Source: Sphaerodactylus townsendi
Taxonomy: Eukaryota
DNA: 64,000 nt
Reading direction: 5' to 3'
Assembly (NCBI RefSeq): GCF_021028975.2
Contig: NC_059427.1
Span: 107,880,001 to 107,944,000 of the forward strand
Shown here: positions 25,023 through 36,162 of the stretch, piece by piece
Layout of the letters: each line of letters begins with the position of its first letter
Numbering within the stretch: position 1 is the first letter of the stretch
Notes under the pieces: model-generated
The model's database searches: none
What the model saw: only the letters and a program-made list of their open reading frames with translations
Told to the model about the DNA's origin: nothing
Position numbers and translations under genes: made by a program

Positions 25023-27568
25023 TCTATATGTATACAAGTGTTGTATGTGTATGAGCTACAAAAAATCTTTTTTTGGAAGAAAAATTATTGGCTAAATTTG
25101 CATCCTCTTGCAAACAGACCCATTAGGAAGGCTGAGACCACCTTCAGGCCTCAGTCCGTTTTCTCCATGCCCATTTGAACGGCTTGGAAGCAGTGGCATA
25201 GTGCCCAGGGGACTGGGTGGGACGTGACGCCCTGGGTGTGCGCCTTGCAGGGACATGGCTATGACATGGCAGTGGCGTTCCAGGGGCACAGGACGAACAC
25301 ATTCCTGGGCACAGTTCCCCCTTGCTCCGCCTCTGCGAAGAGATGCCAGAAGAGAAACAAGAATGTTACCCATTAATCTCAGAAGGTAGCTTGTATGCAT
25401 TACAGTGCTAGGGATGTTGTATGGCAGATCACACTCTGCACATCTGTGACCATGAAGGACCACTGGCTTGTTTTCTCCAAACCAAAAGACCCAGTGTTCT
25501 GTTAGACTCCACCTTCCATCTGGCCAACCTAACCATCCCTTGTGAAAGATTCAATGGCCAGAGTATCCAACAGACTTGTGTGCTACTGATCAAGCAACTC
25601 TCCCTTAAGGATGAAAACTGATATAGCAAGAGACCAGCGCCTCACTCACCCAACAGGCAAAGAGATGGGAGTAGCAGTTGTGTTTGACAGATAAGTCGAG
25701 GATGAAACTGGGGAAGTAGATAAAGTCAGGCTGGGCTGGCTGGAGAAAGGTTTTATTAAAGAAGCGGCTCTTGAGGAAGGCCTTGAAGGAAGTGAAAAGC
25801 AACTCAGCCAACAGGGTTGGTGACACCAATCCCAATAAACGAGATCACAGAAAAGAGAATGGATAGTATTGCAGCTTATGCAAAACTCAGAATACAAGAA
25901 GGGGTGTAATGAAAGGAAAAGGTGGGGATAGAACTGAGGTAGAGGGAGAGAGCTCGCAAGTCAAGCTTTAAGGGCAACAGCTTGGTGAAAATAAGTAGAC
26001 CGCCACCCCCTCCTGCAAGAGGCAGCTTCCTTTCACTGCCCTGTAACAATAATGAAAGGAGTCAGAGTTAAAAGATACATGATTGGAAACCACCCCACCC
26101 CCACCCCCACCCCCTCTTATGGTGCAGTTGCTTGAAGCCAGGGCTAGATCAGTAGCCTGGCTAAACCTTAACTTCATGTTGCCCAGTAATCTCACTCTGT
26201 CTTTCAGCTAAGTAAGCACAAAGGGAGTATCTGAGTTAAGATAATCAGGAAAGGCAATGTCATCAGGAGTCCTCTTGTGGCTGGAAATGAGAATCCATTC
26301 AGCACATTCTTCTTTGGCTGTGGATCTGAAAATGTGCTGCTATGGCAAGCAAGCCGAGAGCATGAGAAATAATTTTTTTTTAATTCCTGGAAGTTCCTTG
26401 CAGGTAGACCTGGCTATTGCCAGAGAATGGGCAACGCCAGCATCCCCCTTTAGGCTGGCATGTGGGCAGAGATACGTGTGAATAAGCACTCCCCCCGCTA
26501 TGCCAGGGAAGTATGGTAACAGAAGAAGCCCTGTCTTCATCCTGTCTCCTCAGAAGTAGGAGAATCAAGGAAGGATTTCAGGAAATGATCTAAGTAGATG
26601 AGAAGGTTCACAGAGGAGAAGAAAAGTCCTTCAGCCAGTATCCCTGCTTAACATGTGTAGATATTTATTTATACAAAATATTTATATATCTACCTTTGTT
26701 CTGAGCAACTCTAATGTTTACAATTATTCAAATTATGTCACACATGTTACATAGTTGGTGAAAGAATTACTGAGATAAAGACTTATTTCCAGACTGCAGA
26801 TGGAGAACTTAAAGCACCTAGTGACTGTGAGGGTTGATACAAGGCCTGGAAAAAAAATATCCTGCCCCTTTAACAGATGCTTAATAGGATGTCATTTAGC
26901 AGATGATGTTATTTGCCTCCATTTACACATTAATCCCCTATTAAAGAGACAGGACATTTTTTTCTCCAGGCCTCCTGGCAAATCTTTGTGACTGAAGACA
27001 GACTCAAATCAGGGACTTTCCTCTTAGCCAGTATACTGAATTACTACATATGTTTCTGACCTTGATGTATGGTTAGGGAAATTTCCCCACCCTTGTTTTT
27101 CTTGAAAGCATCAGAAATGGCTTACAAGTAGAGGTGAAACACAGAACAGTGTCAACCAGTACCAAAACTACAGAACATTCTCATGTAAGGCGGCTTTATT
27201 GATAGTGGTTTCACTTACATGTTCATTACAGATACTAGTACTTCTGCCTCAGATACCCACCCACACAGACCAGAAGCCACTCTACCCCTGCAGAAGCATA
27301 AGGATCTCCTTTTCTACCCTCTGGTTCAGTGTGGCTGCTTTTCTGGAGTAGAAAACAACTTTCTCCCCTCAAGCAGAAGCCTTGGGTGGAGTTTGCTTTA
27401 CAAAATTTGATGCAATTGCTGTGAGTTTTCAAAGCTGATTTTTAAAAAGCATTCCTTCATTTACAGGCATCTCAGACACTGAAGCACCTCAGTCTCTTTC
27501 TGGTCTGATTTTCTTATTCACCACTAGTCAATTTACATAAGCTAATGCTGCAAACATGCATTTAAAAA

Positions 27569-27574
27569 TTTATT
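27569..27574 (-). terminator. Candidate RNASEH2A polyadenylation signal AATAAA (alternative at 27195-27200)
   Basis: tttatt on the + strand about 240 nt past the stop codon. Confidence 0.5.
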
Positions 27575-27812
27575 CACTAAAACTGAGTAAAAAAATATAG
27601 AAATCCAAATGTTCAGTATAAGGTTCTGCCCCTTGTTGATGATGCCCGTGCTCTCAAGTTGCCACCCTCAATCGTCTCTCAAAGCAGTTATAACAGAAAA
27701 AGCAGCTAATCAGAAAAGTTTCTTGTGAAGTCAAACACATCACGCTTCACAAATAACAGTACTTTGCATCTGCATAGCAGATTTTAGCAAGAAGGGAAGG
27801 GCCTGCTCTCCC

Positions 27813-27951
27813 TTAGAGGCTAGTCACCGTCTCTAGCTTGCGTTCATGGAAGAAGCGATGGAGAGGGCGCTTGGCTGGAGCATCTTTCCGGGCAAAGAAG
27901 CTCAGCAAAGACTGTGCACTTTTCTGAGATGGGTTGTCTTCACTATCATCC
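27813..27951 (-). CDS. RNASEH2A: RNASEH2A exon 8 (WDDSED...ETVTSL*)
   Basis: ctctacag acceptor, TAA stop at 27815-27813. Confidence 0.92.
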
Positions 27952-30900
27952 CTGTAGAGGAGGGCAAAACAATGGTGGGAATTGAGGGACATCTCTCACA
28001 CGCCTGTTGTTATCATGCTACATCCCACTTTGGCTCCAGCAGAGAGCAGCACCAACTTATCTGGGATTCCAGCCTCTCCCATCTGCCTCTCAGCCACTGA
28101 CCTTCACTGACAGCCAAGTTGGACAAAAAGTGATTTGGCATCCAGTCCTTCTCCCCTTAAGGAGATAACACTTGTTTTTTTGCTCCCTCCTAACTCAAGA
28201 AGAGTAGCATGGCTGCCCTTCAAGTTCTTTTTAGAGCCACCTGCCTGGCTGCCAAATCAGTCTGAAAAGAAGGGGGTGGGTGATGCAGCTGGCAGCTCTC
28301 TACTTCAAGCAGGAGAGCTGCCTGGAGGAAGGCACCGACCTTCCCAGGGGCACTGGGAACCAGGGAGGAGAGTCAGGAATATCCTGTGACGCTAACCAGT
28401 CTTTGACCCATGCCAGATCATTAGTGATTTGACCCATGCCAGATCATTAGTGATTAGAAAGCAAGGCACAGAGGGACCTAGCAAGGCAGACCACCCCATT
28501 AGACTGGTACTATGGTGAGACCACAGCTCTTCCCACTCAGAGCCAATAAATATATATTATCGATTTTCTTCATTTACATTCCACCTTTCTCCCCAATTAA
28601 GACCTAAAGTGGCTTACATGGTTCTCATCATTTTTTCTTCACAAGCACTTTTTGAGGGAGGTTAGACTGAGTGTCTGTGACTAGCCCAAGGTCACCCAAC
28701 AAGCTTCCATGGTACAGCAGGGATTCGAATTAGGGTCTCCCAGATCCTATGCTGAAGTTTTAACCATTACAACATGTTGGTTTGATTGAAGGAAAAGAGC
28801 CTCGCAGGTGAGCAAGTCTGCTGTGTATCTTAAATCTTTCCTCCCTTCTTCTCCCTCTCAGCTCCTCCAGTTAAACAGAACCTAACACTTCCAATCAATC
28901 CTCTTCTGGCCACCATTTTTTTCCTGCTTTTCTGTCTGCTCACCGCGAAGCACACGGAGGACACCACTGCGCCATACATTTCTCACCCAGTACCTCCCAG
29001 ATCAAATGGTTACCTTACAGAACATCTGCAAAACTCTCTCTGAAAGGCAGAAGGAAGCTGTGACGCACACCACTGTCTGAAGCAGCTATTTCCTCCTCAG
29101 CTCCAAAGTCCAATCAGCCTCCAACTCAATGGAACATTCACTACTCCAAAGTCCCATCCTTCCTGTCTTCCCCACCTACCAGTGAACAGGCACAGCTTTG
29201 TTCTCCAGGATGGTCTGAGCGGTACTCCAGCTAAATCGTACAAATTGTGGGAAACCAAAGACAGGGTCCAGACTTTGTGTAAGCCACTCTTTAGTCTTGG
29301 GATCTGAAAGGTGAGAAGAAAAAATAGATGGCCTTGAATCCTAGAACATTAGCATTCAAGGGTCCCCTTGCAGCCAAGAACCGGTCTCAGTCAAGAATTT
29401 CAGTTTTCTTTTGCCATCTCTAGGGAGGAAATAGTGCTGTGGGGATAGTAGATGGCAAGTCAGAATATCTCAAAGTTTGTCCCCAAGTTTCTGCATTTGC
29501 TCCATTTGTATTTCTTACACATCACTTTACCTCCTCCTTGACCTTCACCTAAGTTTCAGGGGCAAGGAAGTTCTGTGCTGAGATGGAGGAGTCAAAGGCC
29601 AATCCATGACATTTAGTGGGAGCAGAGAAGTGGGCAGAAGAGCTATGCATACTAATAGGATCAAGGGACAACAGCAGAGAATGTTTAGTGAAGTTCTTTC
29701 TCCTTACAGAGTGAAGTACCAGAGCCCTTCGGGGATAGGGCGGTATACAAAACCAAACAATAAAATAAAATAAATAAAATTAGAAGCTGATAGGATGTAA
29801 AGGAAAGGCTCGTGTTATGCAGGGTGTATGCGGGTAACTCTTAAATGCAAAAATAAAAGAACAAAACAACATAGGAGCTACTACCAAGAAACTGTTTAGT
29901 TTGTTAATTTAAATGAATCACTGTGGTCATCACCCCCCCCCCAAAAAAAAAGCTAAACAAAAGGCTGAAAGTTACCATTGGGATAGCCAGAGCCATAATC
30001 CAGTGCAACATCTTCCAGTTCTTCCACAAATTTCCAGTTTTTTACAGCTCTGTCTCTGGCCACCTACAGAACATGCGAAGTTGAACATAAGAAGTATCTT
30101 CTGGAATCAAATTTTCTCACTCCAGCATTCTGTTTCCGCCAGGGCTAGCCTCTAGATACCTATGGAAAGCTAATTATGGTGGTGATAGCCATCCTCTAGT
30201 GTCTGCTAAACCAGCAGTATTCTGCCTTTGGGGAATGGAGCCTTTGCTGTTACAGATAACTGAGAAATAGAATTTTCATAGTCAGATAGAGCACCCCTAG
30301 AGATCTTCAAGCACTCAGAGAGCAAAGAATGCAGGGATTCCAAGCCTGGCACACCCACCTTGGCACAGATGCTGGCTGCACTGACAATGGGGAAGAGGGA
30401 ATCTGCTTTGGCCCTCACAGTGACCTCCAGTCCTGGGAACTGGCGTTTTAGCTTTTCTTGGTATTTTTCTGCTGGCCCCACTGTATCCACAAAGACCTGA
30501 AGGAGGAGGGAAGCATATCAAGTTAAGAAGATGGAATATTCTTGCTATTTTCCATAGGCATGTAGGTGCTGGGCTGACTCACCTCTGCAACCTGTACCCC
30601 TGAGTCCAATGCATGCTGGATCAGGCCAATGGCTGTGTCATGTGACAGTGCGTTCAGGTTGTACTTCACTCTGTAAGGAGAAAGAACTCAGATTTAAACT
30701 ATCAAAAAGAGATGCTGGCAAAGGAAGTGGAACTTTTTTCAAGACTTGGTTGTCCCATGCAGGAGAAACTGGAAGCCATTTTTCCCAGACCACGATCAGC
30801 ATTTGCTTTACAGTTTGCACAGTGAAGCAAGAGGAATTCAGATTCAACACTCTAGGAAATTACATAATGTTTAGAGGGCACACTTCGAAAAGCACCAGTC

Positions 30901-33680
30901 TAAAGGATGAAGGGGAATAAAGATAGGAAAGGGTCGAAGGGAAACATACAACAAACATACAGCACTTAATAATATTCAATCTTAAGAGCCAACTAGCCTT
31001 CCTGATAATCACCGGAAAGTGATGGAAGGCCTCAACTCTCCAACTTCCTTCTCTGTCATGTTCTGAAATACAGACTGACCACAATGAACAAAGCATCAGC
31101 ATTATTTCTCAATGGCCCCAAAAGGCAGATAACTGTAATGAAATTATCCCTGTCAAAGACCATTAACATAAAGTAGAATTATCCCTGTTGAAGACCATTA
31201 ACAGCAACAGATTTTAGAAAGGAATGACTCTGCATAGGATTGCACTGTTAAGCTAGCAAAATGGTCTCCAATACAGTGACATGTTTTCTGATTTGGGGAA
31301 CGAGTCTGCAGGATCTTCAATCTTTCATGCTCTCTTCATGAAATGCTTAATGCAAAAGACTTTCATGGGAAACCGCCATTTGTATTTTATTTTCTTCCTT
31401 ACCAACCTGTATTCCAAGCTCCAATTTGCAAGGAGGAAAACAAACCAAAGTCTGTGATTTGGATGTAACCACACAATATGGTTTCCTGTGAAAGCCAAAG
31501 AGTTTCATCAAATGACCCAAAGGGGAGAGGAAGCATGAAGTCCAATAATCTTCTCCCCTGGTTTCCCTAACAAACATGACATGGCCCATGCTAATTGCAG
31601 ACATCTGTTTTGGAATCTGACCTACATGAGATTCATTTCCAGGCAGATACAGAATGGGCCCAGCATTCTGTTTCTTGGGAGGGAAACTTTCAAGCAATTA
31701 CATGCTGCGACTTGTTATTCCATCTAATGGCCAGACTGCTATATCCCCACCCTGCTCACCGCTGCTGCATGCTAGTTGAGATGAAGTTGGGGGACAGGAT
31801 ACGCAGGGCCCACCCTACAAAATCCTTGGCTGCATTCAGTTGCTCAAAGAGCTGCTCCCGCTGAGCCTCTGTCAGGGTCTTGGAATCTGAAAGGAAGAAA
31901 GAAGCAAGGGAACTCAGACAGGTGAAGTCTCTGAAGAGGTGAAACGGGGCTGTGTTCAGTGGAAACTCTTCTTCAGCGGAAGTGAAAGTAACTCCTGTTC
32001 AGATCCCACATCACGTTTTGCTGTCATTACGTTCCAATCCCTACCAATCACCCCCTCCTTTACCTGCTACTTTCAGGGTCTCTAGATCCCCTTGCCGGGC
32101 CACAGGACAGAAACATATTCCATAGACCATGGGACCTGGGAAGAAAAAAGAAGTCCATACAGCCGCTCTCAATTTGTGCTACTACAGAATACATGTAATG
32201 CAGGTCTATTTAACAGATTTGCTTTAAACTCACTAGGTGCCTTAAACACTCTCAATGTACAAACAATTGACATAGATGATTATAGCCATAGAACAAAGGT
32301 AACCTTTCACCAAAGGCTCTCCTTCTCCAGCAGTGATCACAGAACTTTCTACTAAGTCCTCTTTGACAGATCTGAGATGGGAGTCAGCAAGATATAGAGA
32401 TAAGTGAACAAGACAGAATATTACCTTGGATCCACATCCATCATTATTAGGGGGTTTTCAAGCATAAAATACAAACATGTATAAAATATTCTCCCTTATT
32501 TTTAATACAAGATTAAAAATCTGTTGGAAAAAACACAACAAGCCTTTGTATTTACTCCTGGGCCAAGATAGCGTGGTATGAAACACTGATTAAGTTAACT
32601 TTTCTTTTAGAATGCATGAAAGTTTGCTCACTGTCTTAGTACATTTGCTAAATATAGTCAACATTCTTCTAACATGATAATAAAAGTCCTGGTATTGTTA
32701 GATGTACTGTAGGGTGATTTTTCCCCCTCACAGATGCTGTTGCTAGGGAATTGGAAACATCAAATGCCTTGAATTTGATCCCCACCTTGTTTTAAAGTAA
32801 AATTATAGTTATATGCATAGTGTTGTATTTTGTACGATTTATTTAGTGATTCTAAATAATTCTGCTTACTGGCTAACAGGTATACTTTTCTTTGCAAGAA
32901 GTGGCCTTAATTTATTTGTGTGTGTGTTCAGGGTTGTTTTTTAATCTGGAAAACTAACTAAAAATGTAAGAAACAGGTTCAGGAACACAGCTCTCCCAAC
33001 AAGGTTTGGAGAAACAAAAGGCCCAGTCTCTTTAATGGAGACTTAATGGGATGTGGTATATACCAAGTGATTCATTTCCATCCCTTGAAAAACTTCAGTT
33101 GCCTACTGTCACACGTTAAACTGCTATTAATGGAACAGAACACTTTTCTGCAAACCTGTTGACCTGGCCTACAAAGGAAGAGACAGCACAGACACAAGAA
33201 TGGGATAATTCAGGCACATCTGCACAAAATTGGGATGGCAAGATTAAGTGCAAAACCGGATGAGTAATTATTATATTCATTACAGTTACAATCTTTTTTG
33301 CAACTTCTTTTTAACTCATGCTCCTTCATTACCACGCTCATTTGAAAGATTTAGGAACTGAGCTTAAGGAAGAGGACCCGTGCCGAGACCACGCAAGGAA
33401 ATCCATACAGCATCCTGTATCGTAACAAGAAAGCGCAAGTAAGAAGGATTCGCCAAGAGGCTTTCTCCTTTTGCTGCTCTGGGACCCAGACTGAATACTG
33501 ATCACCCCAAAAAGGGCCCGTCTCTCCTCTCGTCAGTACAATCAAACCCCTACCCAACACCGGGCCCCGGCCTGCCTCATCAATGCCGAGGCTGCAGGGC
33601 TCAGTTCGGCAAGCGGGAGGAACCGTGGAGTCCACCAAACAGTTCACCGAATTGTCCCGCTCGAAGGCGTCCAGGTCCAT
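27813..33680 (-). CDS. RNASEH2A: Ribonuclease H2 subunit A, 300 aa; complement(join(27813..27951,29180..29303,29976..30063,30359..30496,30583..30670,31760..31886,32064..32135,33554..33680))
   Basis: Eight GT-AG exons total 903 nt. Catalytic and family motifs [61 protein letters not shown] and FVRFSWST are present. Confidence 0.97.
28402..28453. repeat. 26-bp tandem duplication TTTGACCCATGCCAGATCATTAGTGA x2
   Basis: Two exact units. Confidence 0.9.
29180..29303 (-). CDS. RNASEH2A: RNASEH2A exon 7 (DPKTKEWL...FVRFSWST...VH)
   Basis: GT-AG, 124 nt. Confidence 0.95.
29976..30063 (-). CDS. RNASEH2A: RNASEH2A exon 6 ([10 protein letters not shown]...YGSGYPN)
   Basis: GT-AG, 88 nt. Confidence 0.95.
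30359..30496 (-). CDS. RNASEH2A: RNASEH2A exon 5 (VFVDTVG...SAASICAK)
   Basis: GT-AG, 138 nt. Confidence 0.95.
30583..30670 (-). CDS. RNASEH2A: RNASEH2A exon 4 ([13 protein letters not shown]...VAE)
   Basis: GT-AG, 88 nt. Confidence 0.95.
31760..31886 (-). CDS. RNASEH2A: RNASEH2A exon 3 ([11 protein letters not shown]...STSMQQR)
   Basis: GT-AG, 127 nt. Confidence 0.95.
32064..32135 (-). CDS. RNASEH2A: RNASEH2A exon 2 ([11 protein letters not shown]...LKVA)
   Basis: GT-AG, 72 nt. Confidence 0.95.
33554..33680 (-). CDS. RNASEH2A: RNASEH2A exon 1 (MDLDAFERD...[11 protein letters not shown])
   Basis: ATG at 33680, donor gtaggg. Confidence 0.95.
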
Positions 33681-35320
33681 CTTCGCGCGCGCCCTGAGAG
33701 CGCCGGAGAAACCTAAAACAGGAAATAAGTGCAGAGTCTTGAATGCACAGCCTTCTGGGAAATGTAGTTTGACGTTAAGATAAGGGTTAGAACCCTGATG
33801 AGCACTTGCATTCCAATCGGAGTAAAAATGTTGCTGGAGATTCCGTCAAGGATAAAATAGTCCTGTTTCTATTCCGAACTTATGAAAAGCACTGGGAGAG
33901 AACATTGGAAGCATAGTTACCGGTTGGGGATCATTTTAACTGGAGATGCTACGGATGAGTTTATAACTATAGCATAAAGCGCGTCGGAGGATGTAGTTTA
34001 ATGGTGGTTATTCGTGCCAACCGTGAACATAAGAATCGTGTTTTCAAGTGAAGTTGTCCTTAGCAAAGTTCCCCTGTCTTTAAAATCAAACAGGAGTATT
34101 TCCCCTCCATGGCATGCAGATACAGCATGGAACCTGCACCGTCCCTGCCTGTCATGAAACTGGTGGTAGACAGAATGGGGGGGGGGGGGGGGTGTAGTTC
34201 AATTGTTCATTCTGGAGTCTGGTACAGCACGTGCATGCGGTTGAAACAAATGTGGGGTGCGGTTGCCATCTTTGCTTCTGACGCATGGGACTCCAGCAAA
34301 GATGCCTTTGTCAGCGCGAGCGTGGGAAAGAGATGGCGAAAGTTTTCCCGGCTGAATGAAGGCCCGTTCGTAGTTGTGTGCGGCCAGACGATTTGCGGTT
34401 TTCGACAGGGCGACGCATGTACGTCGAGGTAGATATTTTGCAGCTGAAACTGAAAGTCTTTGCTCCCCACCCTCGGGGGCCCACGGGCGAGAGGAGGCAG
34501 CCCGCACACGTGTTGCCGGTCAGAGCAGTACGACCGGCCTTACGCGCTGCCCCGGCGCATCCGAGCCCTGCCCACTCTCAGGCGGCTGCATATAAAGCGC
34601 GGCGGCGGCGGATTCTGCCTGCGCCACGCCTCCTGTCTGAAGAGGGATCGCCTCACACTGGACCGCTGCTTGGCCCTACGCGGACCACTCCGGAGGTAGG
34701 GTGGGCGACCTGGCTGCAATTTCGCTCGCCACTTTGTGCGGGTTTAGTGCCCAAAACGCACGGCTTGCAGGTGGTGGAAGGTCTGCGGAGGGTGGGCCTC
34801 GGAGCGCTGGTCGGGAATGGTGCTTTTGGAAGATGCGGCTCTTCTGCAGTGCGCGGCGGCGGCGCGTGAGGTGCAGGGATGGCGGCCCGGTGGTCTTTGA
34901 AGTGATGCCTTTTTTAAAAAACAAAAGTGTCTGTAAAATCCTCCGAAAAGGGAATGAGGGGGCGAGCCTTTCACCAGGGCAGGGGTGGAACACGCGCGTT
35001 TCGGCGGATGTCTTGTGATCCATTTTCGCCTCGTCTGGAAGGCGCCGTGAATGCCTACCATTATGCTCTCCTCGTTAGTAGTAGGCTTCTCCTTTGTGCT
35101 CCGGATAACCGGGGGAGGGGGCGGGGAAGCAAAGGTTGGCTTCTCGCTCTTCAACTCCAGGGGTCGTCGTCGTTAGCTTTCTTTCTCTCTCTACCTCTCA
35201 CCCCCGCCCACACACACCCGTTTCCATCTCATACATTTTCTTCCTTTGAGCTTTCCTTCTGGACAAGCAAGGTCTGTAAATCGGGATTCCAAACCCAGGG
35301 ATCCCGCCCGTGACAGTACC
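33560..35320. promoter_or_regulatory. CpG-rich divergent promoter of RNASEH2A and PRDX2
   Basis: High CpG density; ZNF143/THAP11-type motif (minus strand AACTACATTTCCCAGAAGGC, 33750-33769); E2F-like TTCGCGCG at 33682; CCAAT at 33813; PRDX2 TATAAA at 34591-34596. Confidence 0.8.
34620..34695 (+). other. PRDX2: Probable non-coding exon 1 of PRDX2 (start approximate)
   Basis: Begins about 25-30 nt after TATAAA and ends at a GAG/gtaggg donor; the next exon's acceptor at 40410 lies 3 nt before the ATG. Confidence 0.65.
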
Positions 35321-36121
35321 ATGCAAAAAAAAAAAAAAGTAATATTGCCCGAAAATAGGATAGAGGGCCTACTAAAAAAAACTTGACTTAATTTACGGTT
35401 GCGTGAGTAGCAGCTAATGTAGTTCTGCACAAAGGAACAAGGGAAGGTCTTCTCCTGTGAAGGCGACTCCAAGAGGCCTGTAAAAAGCCTTTCTAGCTTC
35501 ATTTGCCTAATTTTTTTGGGGGGGGGGGGAGAGTGGTGGTGGATAGAATTCCAAGTCACTTGCTCTATACTAATGGGGTGCACAAAGACCTGGCTTAAGC
35601 GAGTAGTGGGTGTTGAGTTATCCCTTCTGCATGCAACACAATTGACCTGATTCATTCCGAGGCCAGAAAGCACTCAGCCTCCCTGGTTCATTGAAGGATT
35701 CATGTTTGTTTATGCTGTTAAACACCTTTCCTTTTTAAAAAAATACCCTCTCTTCCTGAGAGACTCTCTAATGAAGCATATTATGGTGAAATGAGCTAAT
35801 AAGGGGAGGATCGTGGTTTTAAAATTGCAGCCATGCCTTAGCTTTAATGGGAGGTGTATTGTAAGTTAGTTACTAATAATATTTGGGTCTTGGGTTGGAA
35901 TTGGAAAAGGGTGATTATTACACACACCCTGCTGCCCATCTCCCTTGATTCTGTTAAAATGCTGAGATCCCATTTTTAATTGTGGCAGTTACTTTTTTTA
36001 AACCATATTTTGTGTAACATGAGGCAGAGACAGGCAATTGCAAACCACTTCTGAATATATCTTACCTTGAAACCTCCACTTCCAGGGACACAGTGTGTAA
36101 CTGACTTCTCTCTGTGATACA

Positions 36122-36162
36122 CCTCTGAAGATGCCAGCCACAGATGCAGGTGAAACGTTAGG
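36122..36162 (+). ncRNA. Minimal type I hammerhead ribozyme motif in PRDX2 intron 1, within a Penelope pLTR fragment at about 36085-36215
   Basis: CCT/AGG helix I, CTGAAGA 36125-36131, GCC/GGT helix II, GAAA 36152-36155, CGTT. Confidence 0.7.

Noticed and set aside
34109-35313. Multiple overlapping ORFs in the RNASEH2A/PRDX2 promoter
   Set aside because: Stop-codon scarcity in GC-rich DNA; the translations are low-complexity Arg/Pro/Gly
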